41,666 nucleotides of DNA from Bryobacterales bacterium (GTDB lineage: Bacteria > Acidobacteriota > Terriglobia > Bryobacterales > Bryobacteraceae). The position numbers were made by a program, and so were the translations under genes. Shown piece by piece: positions 1-8,729 of this stretch (positions within the stretch are counted from its first letter, which is position 1; the number at the start of each line of letters is the position of its first letter). Below the pieces are notes generated by a model. That model was not told where the DNA came from. It saw only the letters and a list, made by a program, of their open reading frames with translations, and made no database searches. Location of the stretch: assembly GCA_003136675.1 (NCBI GenBank), contig PLFE01000140.1:7358-49023 (forward strand). Reading direction: 5' to 3'.

Positions 1-291
1 GACGGTTGCCGCGAGCCGAGTACGACGGCGACGGTCTGGTACGGATCGTATTTCGCGGAGCGTTGTCCGCCGGCTGTGTCGGAGGGGCATGATTGCGGCG
101 GTTTTTTTCTGCACAATCACTGGCTGACGGACGGGCGCGCGGACGACCCGTTTGACGAGATGGTGTTTGCGTTGACATTCGATACGAGCGATCCGGACGG
201 GTTGCCGAAGAAGGGCGATCGGGAGCTCAATGAGATACTGCGCGACGCGAGCGCGATTGTGGCTTCGGTGCACTTCAAGAAGAAGGGTTGA
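1..291 (+). CDS. 3' end of an unknown protein; the reading frame is open from base 1, so the gene starts upstream of the window
   Basis: Frame 1 has no stop from nt 1 to the TGA at 289-291; no recognisable motif. Confidence 0.3.
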   Translation, partial: DGCREPSTTATVWYGSYFAERCPPAVSEGHDCGGFFLHNHWLTDGRADDPFDEMVFALTFDTSDPDGLPKKGDRELNEILRDASAIVASVHFKKKG

Positions 292-336
292 GCACAGACA
301 CTGAAGTCCGTGCCACCTACGGTCCAAACTGGTGAA

Positions 337-1275
337 ATGCAACTCAGTGTTCTAGACCAATCGCCGATCCCGGAGGGTTTTACCGCGGGGGATGCGCTGC
401 GGAATTCGATTGACCTGGCGGGCGTGGCGGAGCGAGCGGGCTACAAACGCTACTGGGTCGCGGAACATCACGGGACGCCGGGGCTTGCGTGCGCGAGTCC
501 GGAGGTGCTGATTGGTCCGATTGCGGCGGCGACTTCGAGGATTCGCGTGGGCAGCGGGGGCGTTATGCTGCCGCACTACAGTCCGCTGAAAGTGGCTGAG
601 AATTTCAACATGTTGAGCGGGATGTTTCCGGGGCGAATCGATCTGGGGGTCGGACGCGCCGCGGGAACCAGCCCGAACGTGGCGCGGGCGTTGCAGCGCG
701 ACCGGAGGCAGCCTGCGCCCGACGACTTTCCAGAGCAACTGGATGAGTTACTGAAGCTGATCGGCCAGGCAGAGCCGTGGCTGCTGGGCTCGTCTCCGCA
801 GAGCGCAATCTGGGCCGCCGAACTGGGTTTGCCCTACGTGTTTGCGGACTTCATCAACTCGGATGGGGCGGCGATCGCGGGGAGTTACCGGCAACGATTC
901 CGGCCGTCGCGCTATGCGGATGCTCCGCGGCTGGCGGTGGCCGCGTGGGCCATCTGCGCGGACACCGATGAGGAGGCGGAGCGATTGTCCTCCAGCTTTC
1001 GAATGATGATGCGGCTTTTGCTGCGCGGCCGTCTGATCGCGGTTCCCACGGTAGAGGCGGCCGTGCGGTTTCTCCAGGAGGACACGATGCCGTCGCTTTA
1101 TCCCGCGCGGCGGGTGATTACGGGCACGCCCGGTAGCGTACGGGGTGCGCTGGGGGCGCTGGGTGAGGAGTATGGCGCGGATGAGATTCTGATCGTGAAC
1201 ATTATGCATGACCATGCGGCGCGTGTGCGGTCGTATGAACTGATTGCGGGAGCGTTTGCGAAGATACAGAATTAG
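337..1275 (+). CDS. LLM-class (luciferase-like) flavin-dependent oxidoreductase
   Basis: N-terminus 'MQLSVLDQSPIP...YKRYWVAEHHG' and 'GRIDLGVGRA' are typical of luciferase-like monooxygenases; alternative ATG at 310. Confidence 0.8.
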   Translation: MQLSVLDQSPIPEGFTAGDALRNSIDLAGVAERAGYKRYWVAEHHGTPGLACASPEVLIGPIAAATSRIRVGSGGVMLPHYSPLKVAENFNMLSGMFPGRIDLGVGRAAGTSPNVARALQRDRRQPAPDDFPEQLDELLKLIGQAEPWLLGSSPQSAIWAAELGLPYVFADFINSDGAAIAGSYRQRFRPSRYADAPRLAVAAWAICADTDEEAERLSSSFRMMMRLLLRGRLIAVPTVEAAVRFLQEDTMPSLYPARRVITGTPGSVRGALGALGEEYGADEILIVNIMHDHAARVRSYELIAGAFAKIQN

Positions 1276-1285
1276 AGGAGAAGCT

Positions 1286-1456
1286 ATGCTGAGCCAGGAG
1301 GAACTGCTGCAACGGATTCGTGAATTGGAGGCGGAGAACAGCGAGTTGCAGGACAAGCTGGATATGATCTATTCGATCGTCGCGCCGGCGGATGAGGAGG
1401 TCGAGGACGATGTGCTGGTGCAGATCAGTGTGAAGAAGACTAATGACGTGAACTGA
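1286..1456 (+). CDS. small coiled-coil hypothetical protein (56 aa)
   Basis: GAGGAG Shine-Dalgarno 6 nt before ATG 1286; heptad-like 'ELLQRIRELEAENSELQDKLD'; its 3' end overlaps the dedA 3' end by 17 nt. Confidence 0.3.
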   Translation: MLSQEELLQRIRELEAENSELQDKLDMIYSIVAPADEEVEDDVLVQISVKKTNDVN

Positions 1457-2048
1457 AGCGCTTGCGGGCGAGTACCTTGCGGGCGAGGACCAAGAGGCAA
1501 GCAGCCGCGGCAACGGCGGCGGCGATGAAGATGATGGAGCGGTCCACAGTGCTGGAGTAGCGCGACCACTGATCGCCCACGAAGTACCCGATGGAAACGA
1601 AGGCCAGGACCCAGCAGAGTGCGCCGGCGTACGCGGCCGGCGCGAAATCGCGATAGCTCATTTTGGAGATGCCCGCGAACAGGGCAGTGAAATGGCGCGC
1701 TCCGGCCATGAAGTAGCCGAAGAAAAGAGTCCATTTCCCGAAGCGGCGAAACCAGGCTTCGGGCTTTTCGAGGCGCTGGTTGGCAAAATTATGCAGCCAG
1801 GGCCAGTGCTTTTCGAGCCAGCCGAAACCGTAGAGTCCGATGGAGAAAGAAACGGAAATTCCGCAAATGCTGCCGGCGAGCGCGGCGCCGGCGGCGGGCA
1901 GGAAGTGCAGGCGTCCGCTGTGGACGGCGATGCCACTGAGAACGAGGATGGTTTCATCCGGAATCAGCGGACCCACGATGCCGAGCATGAGGAACCCGAA
2001 GATGGCGAAGTAACCGTAGTGGGCGAGGAACTGGTCGACTTGGATCAT
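1440..2048 (-). CDS. dedA: DedA / SNARE-associated (TVP38/TMEM64) family membrane protein
   Basis: Typical DedA signature '...FGFLMLGIVGPLIPDETILVLSGIA...' with several TM segments; abuts pyrF. Confidence 0.85.
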   Translation of the reverse strand: MIQVDQFLAHYGYFAIFGFLMLGIVGPLIPDETILVLSGIAVHSGRLHFLPAAGAALAGSICGISVSFSIGLYGFGWLEKHWPWLHNFANQRLEKPEAWFRRFGKWTLFFGYFMAGARHFTALFAGISKMSYRDFAPAAYAGALCWVLAFVSIGYFVGDQWSRYSSTVDRSIIFIAAAVAAAACLLVLARKVLARKRFSSRH

Positions 2049-2750
2049 TCATTGCGCGGTCAGAGCGAACCGGATCTCTTCCCGAATTTGTGAGACCGCG
2101 CCGGCGGGATCCGCGGCGCGCGTAACCTGACGGCCGATGACGAGATAATCCGCGCCGGCTTCGAGAGCTTCGGCGGGAGTTGCGGTACGTTTCTGATCGC
2201 CGGGGGACGCTCCACGCGAACGGACGCCAGGCGAAACGAGGATGAGGTCGGGGCCGGCTTGCGCGCGGAGGGAGACAGCCTCGCGCGGGGAGGCGATGAC
2301 GCCATCGATACCAGTTTCAAGGGCCTTGCGAACCACCAGGTGTACGAGATCGCGGACTCCGCATTGATATCCGGCTTCGAGCAGATCGTCATCATCGAGG
2401 CTGGTGAGAACGGTGACGGCGAGAAGCTTGAGGAGGGAACTCTCACGGCCGGCATGGGCGGCGCGCATGACTTGCGGACTGCCGTGTATGGTGAGGAATG
2501 ACGCGCCGAGGCGCGACACCTGCTCCGTGGCGCGCTTGACAGTTTCGCCGATATCAAAGAACTTGAGGTCGAGGAAGACGCGTTTGCCGGAGGCGACGAG
2601 CTCGCGGACGAAATCGGGTCCGGCGGCGGTGAAGAGTTCGAGGCCTACTTTATAGAAGCCGGCTTGATCGCCCAGGAGGCGGATGAGAGAGCGGGCTTCG
2701 CCTGGGGAATCGAAATCGAGCGCGATGATGATGGGGTCGTGATTTTGCAT
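2049..2750 (-). CDS. pyrF: orotidine 5'-phosphate decarboxylase
   Basis: 'IIALDF...FLDLKFFDIGETV' OMPdecase motifs; its start overlaps the selD stop (TGATG). Confidence 0.9.
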   Translation of the reverse strand: MQNHDPIIIALDFDSPGEARSLIRLLGDQAGFYKVGLELFTAAGPDFVRELVASGKRVFLDLKFFDIGETVKRATEQVSRLGASFLTIHGSPQVMRAAHAGRESSLLKLLAVTVLTSLDDDDLLEAGYQCGVRDLVHLVVRKALETGIDGVIASPREAVSLRAQAGPDLILVSPGVRSRGASPGDQKRTATPAEALEAGADYLVIGRQVTRAADPAGAVSQIREEIRFALTAQ

Positions 2751-3784
2751 CAGACGATCCTCACGGGTTTTGCGCCGCGGCCGGTGACGCGGCCGATGGC
2801 GTAAGCCTTGGGGTAGGCGAGTTGGAACCCGGCTGCATCGGACTCCGGCATGGAGAGGAGCAGGCCGCCGGATGTTTGCGGGTCATAGAGGAGTTGGGTG
2901 ACGGCGGGTTGCGGGGTGTTCACATATTCGACGCAGGATTCGGCGAAGCTGCGATTGTTGTTGAGGCCGCCGGGGATGGCGCCATAGGCGACGGATTCGA
3001 GCGCGCCGGGGAGGAAACGGAGCGCGGCGGTTTCGATTTCGAGAGTGGCTTCGCTGGCGAGGGCCATTTCACGCGCGTGGGCGACGAGGCCGAAGCCTGT
3101 GACGTCGGTACACCCGTGGACTTCAAAAGGGAGCATGGCTTCGCAGGCGGCGCGATTCAGTTCGAGCATGGACTGGATCGCTTCGGCGACCGAGGAAGGT
3201 TCGGAGATTCCGCGTTTGAGCGCCGTGGTGATGACGCCGGTGCCGAGCCGTTTGGTGAAGAGCAGGATATCGCCCGGGCGGGCGTTGGCGTTGGCTTTCA
3301 CGCGATCCGGATGAATGACGCCGGTGACGGCGTAGCCGAATTTGAGCTCCTCATCATTGACGCTGTGGCCGCCGAGGATGGCGGCTCCGGCTTCGCGCAT
3401 TTTCTCGGCGCCGCCACGGAGGATGGCTTCGACGACATCCATATCGCCGTTCGCGGGGCAGAGGAGGACGGAGAGCGCGGAGACGGGACGGCCACCCATG
3501 GCGTAGACGTCGCTGAGAGCGTTGGCGGCGGCAATCGCTCCGAAGGTGAAAGGGTCGTCAACCATGGGGGTGAAGAAGTCGATGGTCTGGACGATGGCGA
3601 GGTCCGGGGCGAGCAGGTAGACGCCGGCGTCGTCGTTGTGATCGAAGCCGACGAGGACGTTGGGATCGCTGGAGCGCGGGATGGAGCGGAGGATTTTATC
3701 GAGAAGGCCGGGCGCGAGTTTGGACGCGCAGCCGCCGGCTTTGGTATTGGCGGTTAGGCGCGGGGTGATTTGGGCGGTGCTCAT
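2750..3784 (-). CDS. selD: selenide, water dikinase (selenophosphate synthetase), Cys-type
   Basis: 'MSTAQITPRLT...AGGCASKLAP' aligns to E. coli SelD 'LTQYSHGAGCGCKISP'; AIR-synthase-like body 'DFFTPMVDDPFTFGAIAAANALSDVYAMGG'; the longer ORF back to 3874 lacks homology at the N-terminus. Confidence 0.9.
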   Translation of the reverse strand: MSTAQITPRLTANTKAGGCASKLAPGLLDKILRSIPRSSDPNVLVGFDHNDDAGVYLLAPDLAIVQTIDFFTPMVDDPFTFGAIAAANALSDVYAMGGRPVSALSVLLCPANGDMDVVEAILRGGAEKMREAGAAILGGHSVNDEELKFGYAVTGVIHPDRVKANANARPGDILLFTKRLGTGVITTALKRGISEPSSVAEAIQSMLELNRAACEAMLPFEVHGCTDVTGFGLVAHAREMALASEATLEIETAALRFLPGALESVAYGAIPGGLNNNRSFAESCVEYVNTPQPAVTQLLYDPQTSGGLLLSMPESDAAGFQLAYPKAYAIGRVTGRGAKPVRIV

Positions 3785-3801
3785 GCCATTACAATCATAA
3801 G

Positions 3802-5223
3802 ATGCGTCGTGCCATCGTTCCGTTCGGTCTGTTCCTCGCTGCCCTGATGATGTGGTTGGGGGCGCATGATCCACTCTCCGACCCGCGCCTGAAGAACGCG
3901 TTTCGCAAACAACAGGAGAACGGGTGGACCTATGTCCATCTGGAAGGCACTCCCACGCAGATCGGCTACCAGCATGGAGTGATTCTGGCAGGGGAGATCA
4001 AGGACGGCTTCGACGTGCAGCAGCTTGAGCTGACGCACGATGGGAAGAAGGACTGGAACTTTTACCGCACGGCGGCGAAGCAGATTCTGTGGCCACATAT
4101 AGAGACGCAATATCGCGAGGAGCTGCAAGGGATCGCGGATGGCGTGAGGTCGCGCGGATTGAAGCTGGATGTTTGGGACATTGTGGCGCTGAATGCGGCG
4201 GAGGAGTGGTCCTATTACGTGAAGCAGTATGACAAGGCGCATGGGATTACGGATAAGAAATCGGCCGCGCCGGACCATTGCAGCGCGTTCGTGGCGACCG
4301 GTTCCTACACCAAAGACGGCAAGCCGGTGATTGCGCACAACAACTGGACGAATTATCTGGATGGGGAACGCTGGACGATAATTTTCGATGTGGTTCCGGC
4401 GCGCGGGCACCGTTTCCTGATGGATGGATATCCGGGAATGATTCACAGCGCGGACGATTTTGGAGTGAACGATGCGGGGATTGCGATCACGGAAACGACG
4501 ATCGGCGATTTTGCGGGGTGGGATTCAAACGGGGTTCCGGAGTTTGTGCGGGCGCGGCGCGCGATGCAGTATGCGACCACGATCGATGAGTTCGCGGCGA
4601 CGATGAAAGACGGCAACAACGGCGGCTACGCGAATGACTGGCTGATCGCGGATGTGAAGAACAACGAAGTGGCGCATCTGGAACTGGGTTTGAAGAATGT
4701 GACGCTGGAACGCACGAAGGACGGGTATTTCGTCGGCGCGAATTATCCCAAGAATCCGAAGCTGATTGCCGAGGAGACCACGTTCGACCCGAAGAACAAG
4801 AGCCTCAGCGCGAATTCCCGGCAGGCGCGGTGGGAGCAGTTGATGGCGGAGTATAAGGGCAAGATCGACGTGGCGGCGGGGCAGAAATTCCTTGCGGATC
4901 ACTATGACACGTACGACCAGAAGGCGGCTGCGCCGAGCGAGCGGACGCTGGATGGAGAAGTGGACAAATCGCCGCGCGGAATGGGCGACTGGCAGCCCCC
5001 CTTCGCTCCGGCGGGCGCGGTGCAGAATAAGGTGGCGGATGCGGCCATGATTCAGGCGCTTTCGTTTACGGCGCATGCGGGACACGCGAGCGGCGACGAT
5101 TTCAGCGCGAGTGAGCTGTTGAAGAATCATCCGGAGTTTGACTGGCAGAAGCCGTTATTGCGGGACTTGAAGGCGCAGCCATGGACGACGTTCGAGGCTT
5201 CGAAGACGCCGGCTAAGAACTGA
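3802..5223 (+). CDS. secreted Ntn-hydrolase-like protein (C45 acyltransferase/peptidase or phospholipase-B-like family), putative Cys nucleophile in 'DHCSAF'
   Basis: N-terminal hydrophobic signal; 'PDHCSAFVATGSYTKDGKPVIAHNNW' resembles the autoproteolytic Cys N-terminal nucleophile segment of the C45/PLB-like fold. Confidence 0.5.
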   Translation: MRRAIVPFGLFLAALMMWLGAHDPLSDPRLKNAFRKQQENGWTYVHLEGTPTQIGYQHGVILAGEIKDGFDVQQLELTHDGKKDWNFYRTAAKQILWPHIETQYREELQGIADGVRSRGLKLDVWDIVALNAAEEWSYYVKQYDKAHGITDKKSAAPDHCSAFVATGSYTKDGKPVIAHNNWTNYLDGERWTIIFDVVPARGHRFLMDGYPGMIHSADDFGVNDAGIAITETTIGDFAGWDSNGVPEFVRARRAMQYATTIDEFAATMKDGNNGGYANDWLIADVKNNEVAHLELGLKNVTLERTKDGYFVGANYPKNPKLIAEETTFDPKNKSLSANSRQARWEQLMAEYKGKIDVAAGQKFLADHYDTYDQKAAAPSERTLDGEVDKSPRGMGDWQPPFAPAGAVQNKVADAAMIQALSFTAHAGHASGDDFSASELLKNHPEFDWQKPLLRDLKAQPWTTFEASKTPAKN

Positions 5224-5240
5224 CGCGGCTGAAAAGCCGC

Positions 5241-7655
5241 ATGCCCCTCTTTTGCGATGTCAGTCTGCCGGTTCCGCTGGATCAGACTTTCACTTATGCG
5301 CTGCCGCTGACGCTACGGCACAGAGTGCAGGCGGGCTGCCGGATTCTGGTTCCATTCGGCCAGCGGAATTTGACGGGCGTAGTGCTGGCGGTCCACGATG
5401 ACGCCCCGGAACAGAAGGCTCGGGATGCGCTCAAGCTGATTGACGAGCAGCCCGTGCTGGATGAGCCGCTGCTGGCGCTGGGCCGGTGGATCGCGGGTTA
5501 TTATTGCGCGCCGCTGGGGGAAGTGCTGCGGTCGATGCTGCCGCTGACCGGGGAAGTGCGTACGGGCAAGGTGTATTCGCTGACCGATTCGGGACGCGAT
5601 ACGGCGCGGCAACTGCTGCTCGATTCCTCTCCAGGAGACCAGGCGGCGCAGGTGCTGGCGCTGCTGGAGCGGCGGCCCCTTTCGGCGTCCTATCTGAAGA
5701 AGAAGCTGCCGCTGGCGGGGAACGCGGTGCGGGCGCTGGAGAAGCGGGGCTTCGTCGTAGCCGAGCAGGTGCATGCCGAGCGCGATCCTCTGCGTGCGCC
5801 CAGCGAACATTTGCGGATTGAACTGGCGCGTGTGGGCGTGGGGACGGAGAAGCTTCCGAAAGCGGAACGGGAATTTCTGGCCTTTCTGGAACTGCATCCG
5901 GGTTCGCACAACCTTTTGGAATTAGAAGCGACACTGAAGAATGCGAGCGCCGCGGCGCGGTCGCTGGCCCGGCGTGGATTGGTGGCGATGAGCCGGGAAC
6001 CATTGAGCGTTTTGAGCGGCAAAACCCGGCCGCCGCACGAACTGAACCCGGCGCAACAGAATGCTTTCGAGCAGATCCGGAGCGCGATTGAGAAGCATGA
6101 GTTCCGGACGTTCCTGATCCACGGCGTGACGGGATCGGGGAAAACCGAGGTGTACCTGAATGCGATCGACGCGGCTTTGGCGGCCGACCGGAGCGCGCTG
6201 CTGCTGGTGCCGGAGATCGCCCTGACGCCCGCGGTAGCCGGCCAGTTCTCCAGCCGCTTCGGGGAACGCGTGGCGATTCTGCATAGCGCGTTCAGCGATG
6301 CGGAGCGCGCCGACCAGTGGCGCCGAATTCGGGGCGGCAAAGCTCTGGTAGTTGTGGGGACGCGTTCGGGCGTGTTCGCACCAGTGCGGAATTTGGGGCT
6401 CATCATTATCGACGAGGAGCACGACGGATCTTATAAGCAAGAGGAAACGCCGCGCTATAACGGGCGGGATACGGCCATTGTGCGGGCGCAGCACGCGGGG
6501 GCGTGCGTGGTGCTCGGGTCGGCGACGCCGAGCCTGGAATCGAGATACAACGCGGAGCGCGGGAAATATACGCTGCTGGAGATGCCGGAGCGGATTCAGC
6601 AGCGGCCCATGCCGCGCGTGGATTTAATCGATATGCGCCAGGAATTTCTGGAGACGCGCAAGCAGAGCACGTTCTCGCGCGCACTGGGTGACGCGATTGA
6701 AGAACGGCTGAAGAGCGGGGAGCAAACCATGGTGCTGCTGAACCGGCGCGGCTATTCGAGCTTTGTCACATGCCGTTCTTGCGGACACCGGGTGGAGTGC
6801 GATCACTGCTCCATCACACTTACTTTCCACCGGCGCGACCGGCGGCTGCTGTGCCATATGTGTAATTTCGCGCGAAAGGTGCCGACGGTTTGTCCGCAAT
6901 GCCAGAGCGAACATATCTACTTCATGGGGACTGGCTCGGAGAAGGTGGAGGAGGAACTGCATAACCTGTTTCCAGAGGCGCGGATTGCGCGGCTGGATCG
7001 CGACACGGTGACCGGGAAGCAGCATTATGAGCAAGTACTGCAAGGGTTTCGCGAGAAGAGCTTCGACATTCTGGTGGGGACACAGATGATTGCAAAGGGT
7101 CACGATATTCCGAACGTCACGCTGGTGGGGGTGGTATCGGCGGATGTGGGACTGGGGATGCCCGATTTTCGGGCGGCCGAACGGACTTTCCAGTTACTGA
7201 CCCAAGTAGCCGGGCGCGCCGGGCGGGGTGACTTACCCGGCATTGTGCTAGTGCAGACGAGTAATCCGGATCATTATGCGGTGAGGTTCGCGGCGGCACA
7301 GGATTATCAAGGGTTTTATCAGAAGGAGTTACAGTTCCGGAGGTTGATGCATTATCCGCCATTTAGCGCGATGGCGAATCTGCTGGTGCGGGCGGCGAAG
7401 CAGGAGGATGCTTTGCGGATGGCCAGCGAGTTGGACCTGTATATGAAGCCGGCGCCGGAGAATATCAAGATCATGGGCCCGGCGGAGGCTCCGGTGCTGC
7501 GGATAAAGGCGGAGTTTCGGTATCAGTTTTTGATTAAGGCGGCTAGCAGGAAGGCGCTCAACGGGTTGCTGCAGAGTGCGCGGGATTTTGCGCGGGGGCG
7601 GAAGTGGGGGGCTACGGCGCTGGTGATCGATGTGGATCCTTTGACTTTGCTGTGA
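5241..7655 (+). CDS. priA: primosomal protein N' (replication restart helicase)
   Basis: Walker A 'GVTGSGKTEVYL', DEEH 'IIIDEEHD', Cys-rich zinc-binding insert 'CRSCGHRVECDHCS...CHMCNF...CPQCQS'. Confidence 0.92.
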   Translation: MPLFCDVSLPVPLDQTFTYALPLTLRHRVQAGCRILVPFGQRNLTGVVLAVHDDAPEQKARDALKLIDEQPVLDEPLLALGRWIAGYYCAPLGEVLRSMLPLTGEVRTGKVYSLTDSGRDTARQLLLDSSPGDQAAQVLALLERRPLSASYLKKKLPLAGNAVRALEKRGFVVAEQVHAERDPLRAPSEHLRIELARVGVGTEKLPKAEREFLAFLELHPGSHNLLELEATLKNASAAARSLARRGLVAMSREPLSVLSGKTRPPHELNPAQQNAFEQIRSAIEKHEFRTFLIHGVTGSGKTEVYLNAIDAALAADRSALLLVPEIALTPAVAGQFSSRFGERVAILHSAFSDAERADQWRRIRGGKALVVVGTRSGVFAPVRNLGLIIIDEEHDGSYKQEETPRYNGRDTAIVRAQHAGACVVLGSATPSLESRYNAERGKYTLLEMPERIQQRPMPRVDLIDMRQEFLETRKQSTFSRALGDAIEERLKSGEQTMVLLNRRGYSSFVTCRSCGHRVECDHCSITLTFHRRDRRLLCHMCNFARKVPTVCPQCQSEHIYFMGTGSEKVEEELHNLFPEARIARLDRDTVTGKQHYEQVLQGFREKSFDILVGTQMIAKGHDIPNVTLVGVVSADVGLGMPDFRAAERTFQLLTQVAGRAGRGDLPGIVLVQTSNPDHYAVRFAAAQDYQGFYQKELQFRRLMHYPPFSAMANLLVRAAKQEDALRMASELDLYMKPAPENIKIMGPAEAPVLRIKAEFRYQFLIKAASRKALNGLLQSARDFARGRKWGATALVIDVDPLTLL

Positions 7656-7675
7656 GAGTCAATTCAGAAATTCAT

Positions 7676-8416
7676 CTACTTCATTTCCTGGTCGCCGGCG
7701 CCGGCATCCATATGCATATCCATTCCGGCCCACACGTCGTTGGGGGACTTTGCGCCGGGATAGACGTGAGTCATCCATCCGAAGACCACTGGAATCCAGA
7801 GTCCGTGCGCCTCTTTGCATGCCTCTTCGGTATGGATACTCCCGAGCGGGCCAAACAGCGCATGCGGCCCAGCCTGCTCTTTCATCGGTAAGCTGCGCAG
7901 TCCGCCGCAAAAATCCACATGACGGTGCCAGGTTGCGATGCTTAGCGGAGCGACTGCATTCAGTTGTTGCGGCGTCGAATCCTGCGGCGCGGTGTACATG
8001 ACGCCCACGGCCTTCATGCCCTCCGGCGTGCGTTTGTAAAGGATCGATCCCGGATGATCGTAGTTCGCCTGGCGCTGCTCCAGCCGGTTGTAGCGATAGT
8101 TCGTGTAGTGGACTTCCTCGCCCAGTTTGCCGGTGGGATGAAATGGCTTGTAGCCATCTTGAAGGGCGGTGTTCACGTCGGAGTAGTGAGCAACCACGCT
8201 ACTCGCGGAAGAGACGATCCGTTGGGCGCGCTGTTTGTCTTCAGGCTGAGGCTTGCCTTTGAGCGACATCTGCATGTGATTACCCATCTTCATTGACGGC
8301 ACTGGAGTGTCGTCGGTCTTGCCGCCGGAGTAGCGCAGCAGCCGCTCCCACAACGGGAATTGTTGCGCCATCACGATGGGAAGAGAACCGAGCAGACAGA
8401 GAACGAGAAGCATCTT
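7676..8416 (-). CDS. secreted hypothetical protein, His/Met-rich C-terminus
   Basis: Signal peptide 'MLLVLCLLGSLPIVMA|QQ'; ends 'GMDMHMDAGAGDQEMK'; no family recognised; the longer ORF back to 8479 is probably an over-extension. Confidence 0.5.
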   Translation of the reverse strand, partial: KMLLVLCLLGSLPIVMAQQFPLWERLLRYSGGKTDDTPVPSMKMGNHMQMSLKGKPQPEDKQRAQRIVSSASSVVAHYSDVNTALQDGYKPFHPTGKLGEEVHYTNYRYNRLEQRQANYDHPGSILYKRTPEGMKAVGVMYTAPQDSTPQQLNAVAPLSIATWHRHVDFCGGLRSLPMKEQAGPHALFGPLGSIHTEEACKEAHGLWIPVVFGWMTHVYPGAKSPNDVWAGMDMHMDAGAGDQEMK

Positions 8417-8462
8417 GAGATGTTTCGCCACGAAACCTCCAACGGGCCGGATATTACGAACA

Positions 8463-8729
8463 ATGGTCGTCATCTTCAAGCATAATCTCTACGGTAATAA
8501 CGGATTCCCGGTGAAACTTGTTCATCAAGGGGCGCGGCAAAATACAAGCGTGGAGCGGATCGTCCGTATTTTCAATAGCCTCGAGGAAGCGGATGCGGCT
8601 TCGCGGAGCCATATGAGTCCGCAGGAGCGCATCGAGATATTCTTCGCAATCCGGGAAAGGGCGTTCCCCGATGCCTCTGAGCAAGGATTTGAGAGAGTTT
8701 ATCGAGTGCTTGAACTCGAACAATGTTGA
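8463..8729 (+). CDS. small hypothetical protein, first gene of a decayed two-gene cassette
   Basis: ORF overlaps the start of the downstream nucleotidyltransferase-like pseudogene by ~59 nt; start uncertain (ATG 8376 or 8463). Confidence 0.3.
   Translation: MVVIFKHNLYGNNGFPVKLVHQGARQNTSVERIVRIFNSLEEADAASRSHMSPQERIEIFFAIRERAFPDASEQGFERVYRVLELEQC

Noticed and set aside
2822-3757. 311-aa plus-strand ORF (Gly/Glu/Ala/Asp-rich) across the selD locus
   Set aside because: It is antisense to a motif-confirmed selD and its composition is typical of spurious high-GC antisense frames. The same applies to 4525..5130(-), 5313..6494(-) set, 10941..11879(-), 14319..15827(-), 15817..16731(-), 20210..20950(+), 21901..22683(+), 27449..28144(-), 29124..29768(-), 30635..31342(-), 32481..33464(-) and 36155..36781(-).
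3785-3874. Longer selD start (MDHAPPTTSSGQRG...)
   Set aside because: Alignment to E. coli SelD begins at the internal 'MSTAQITPRLT', and the extension would overlap the divergent hydrolase gene by 72 nt.
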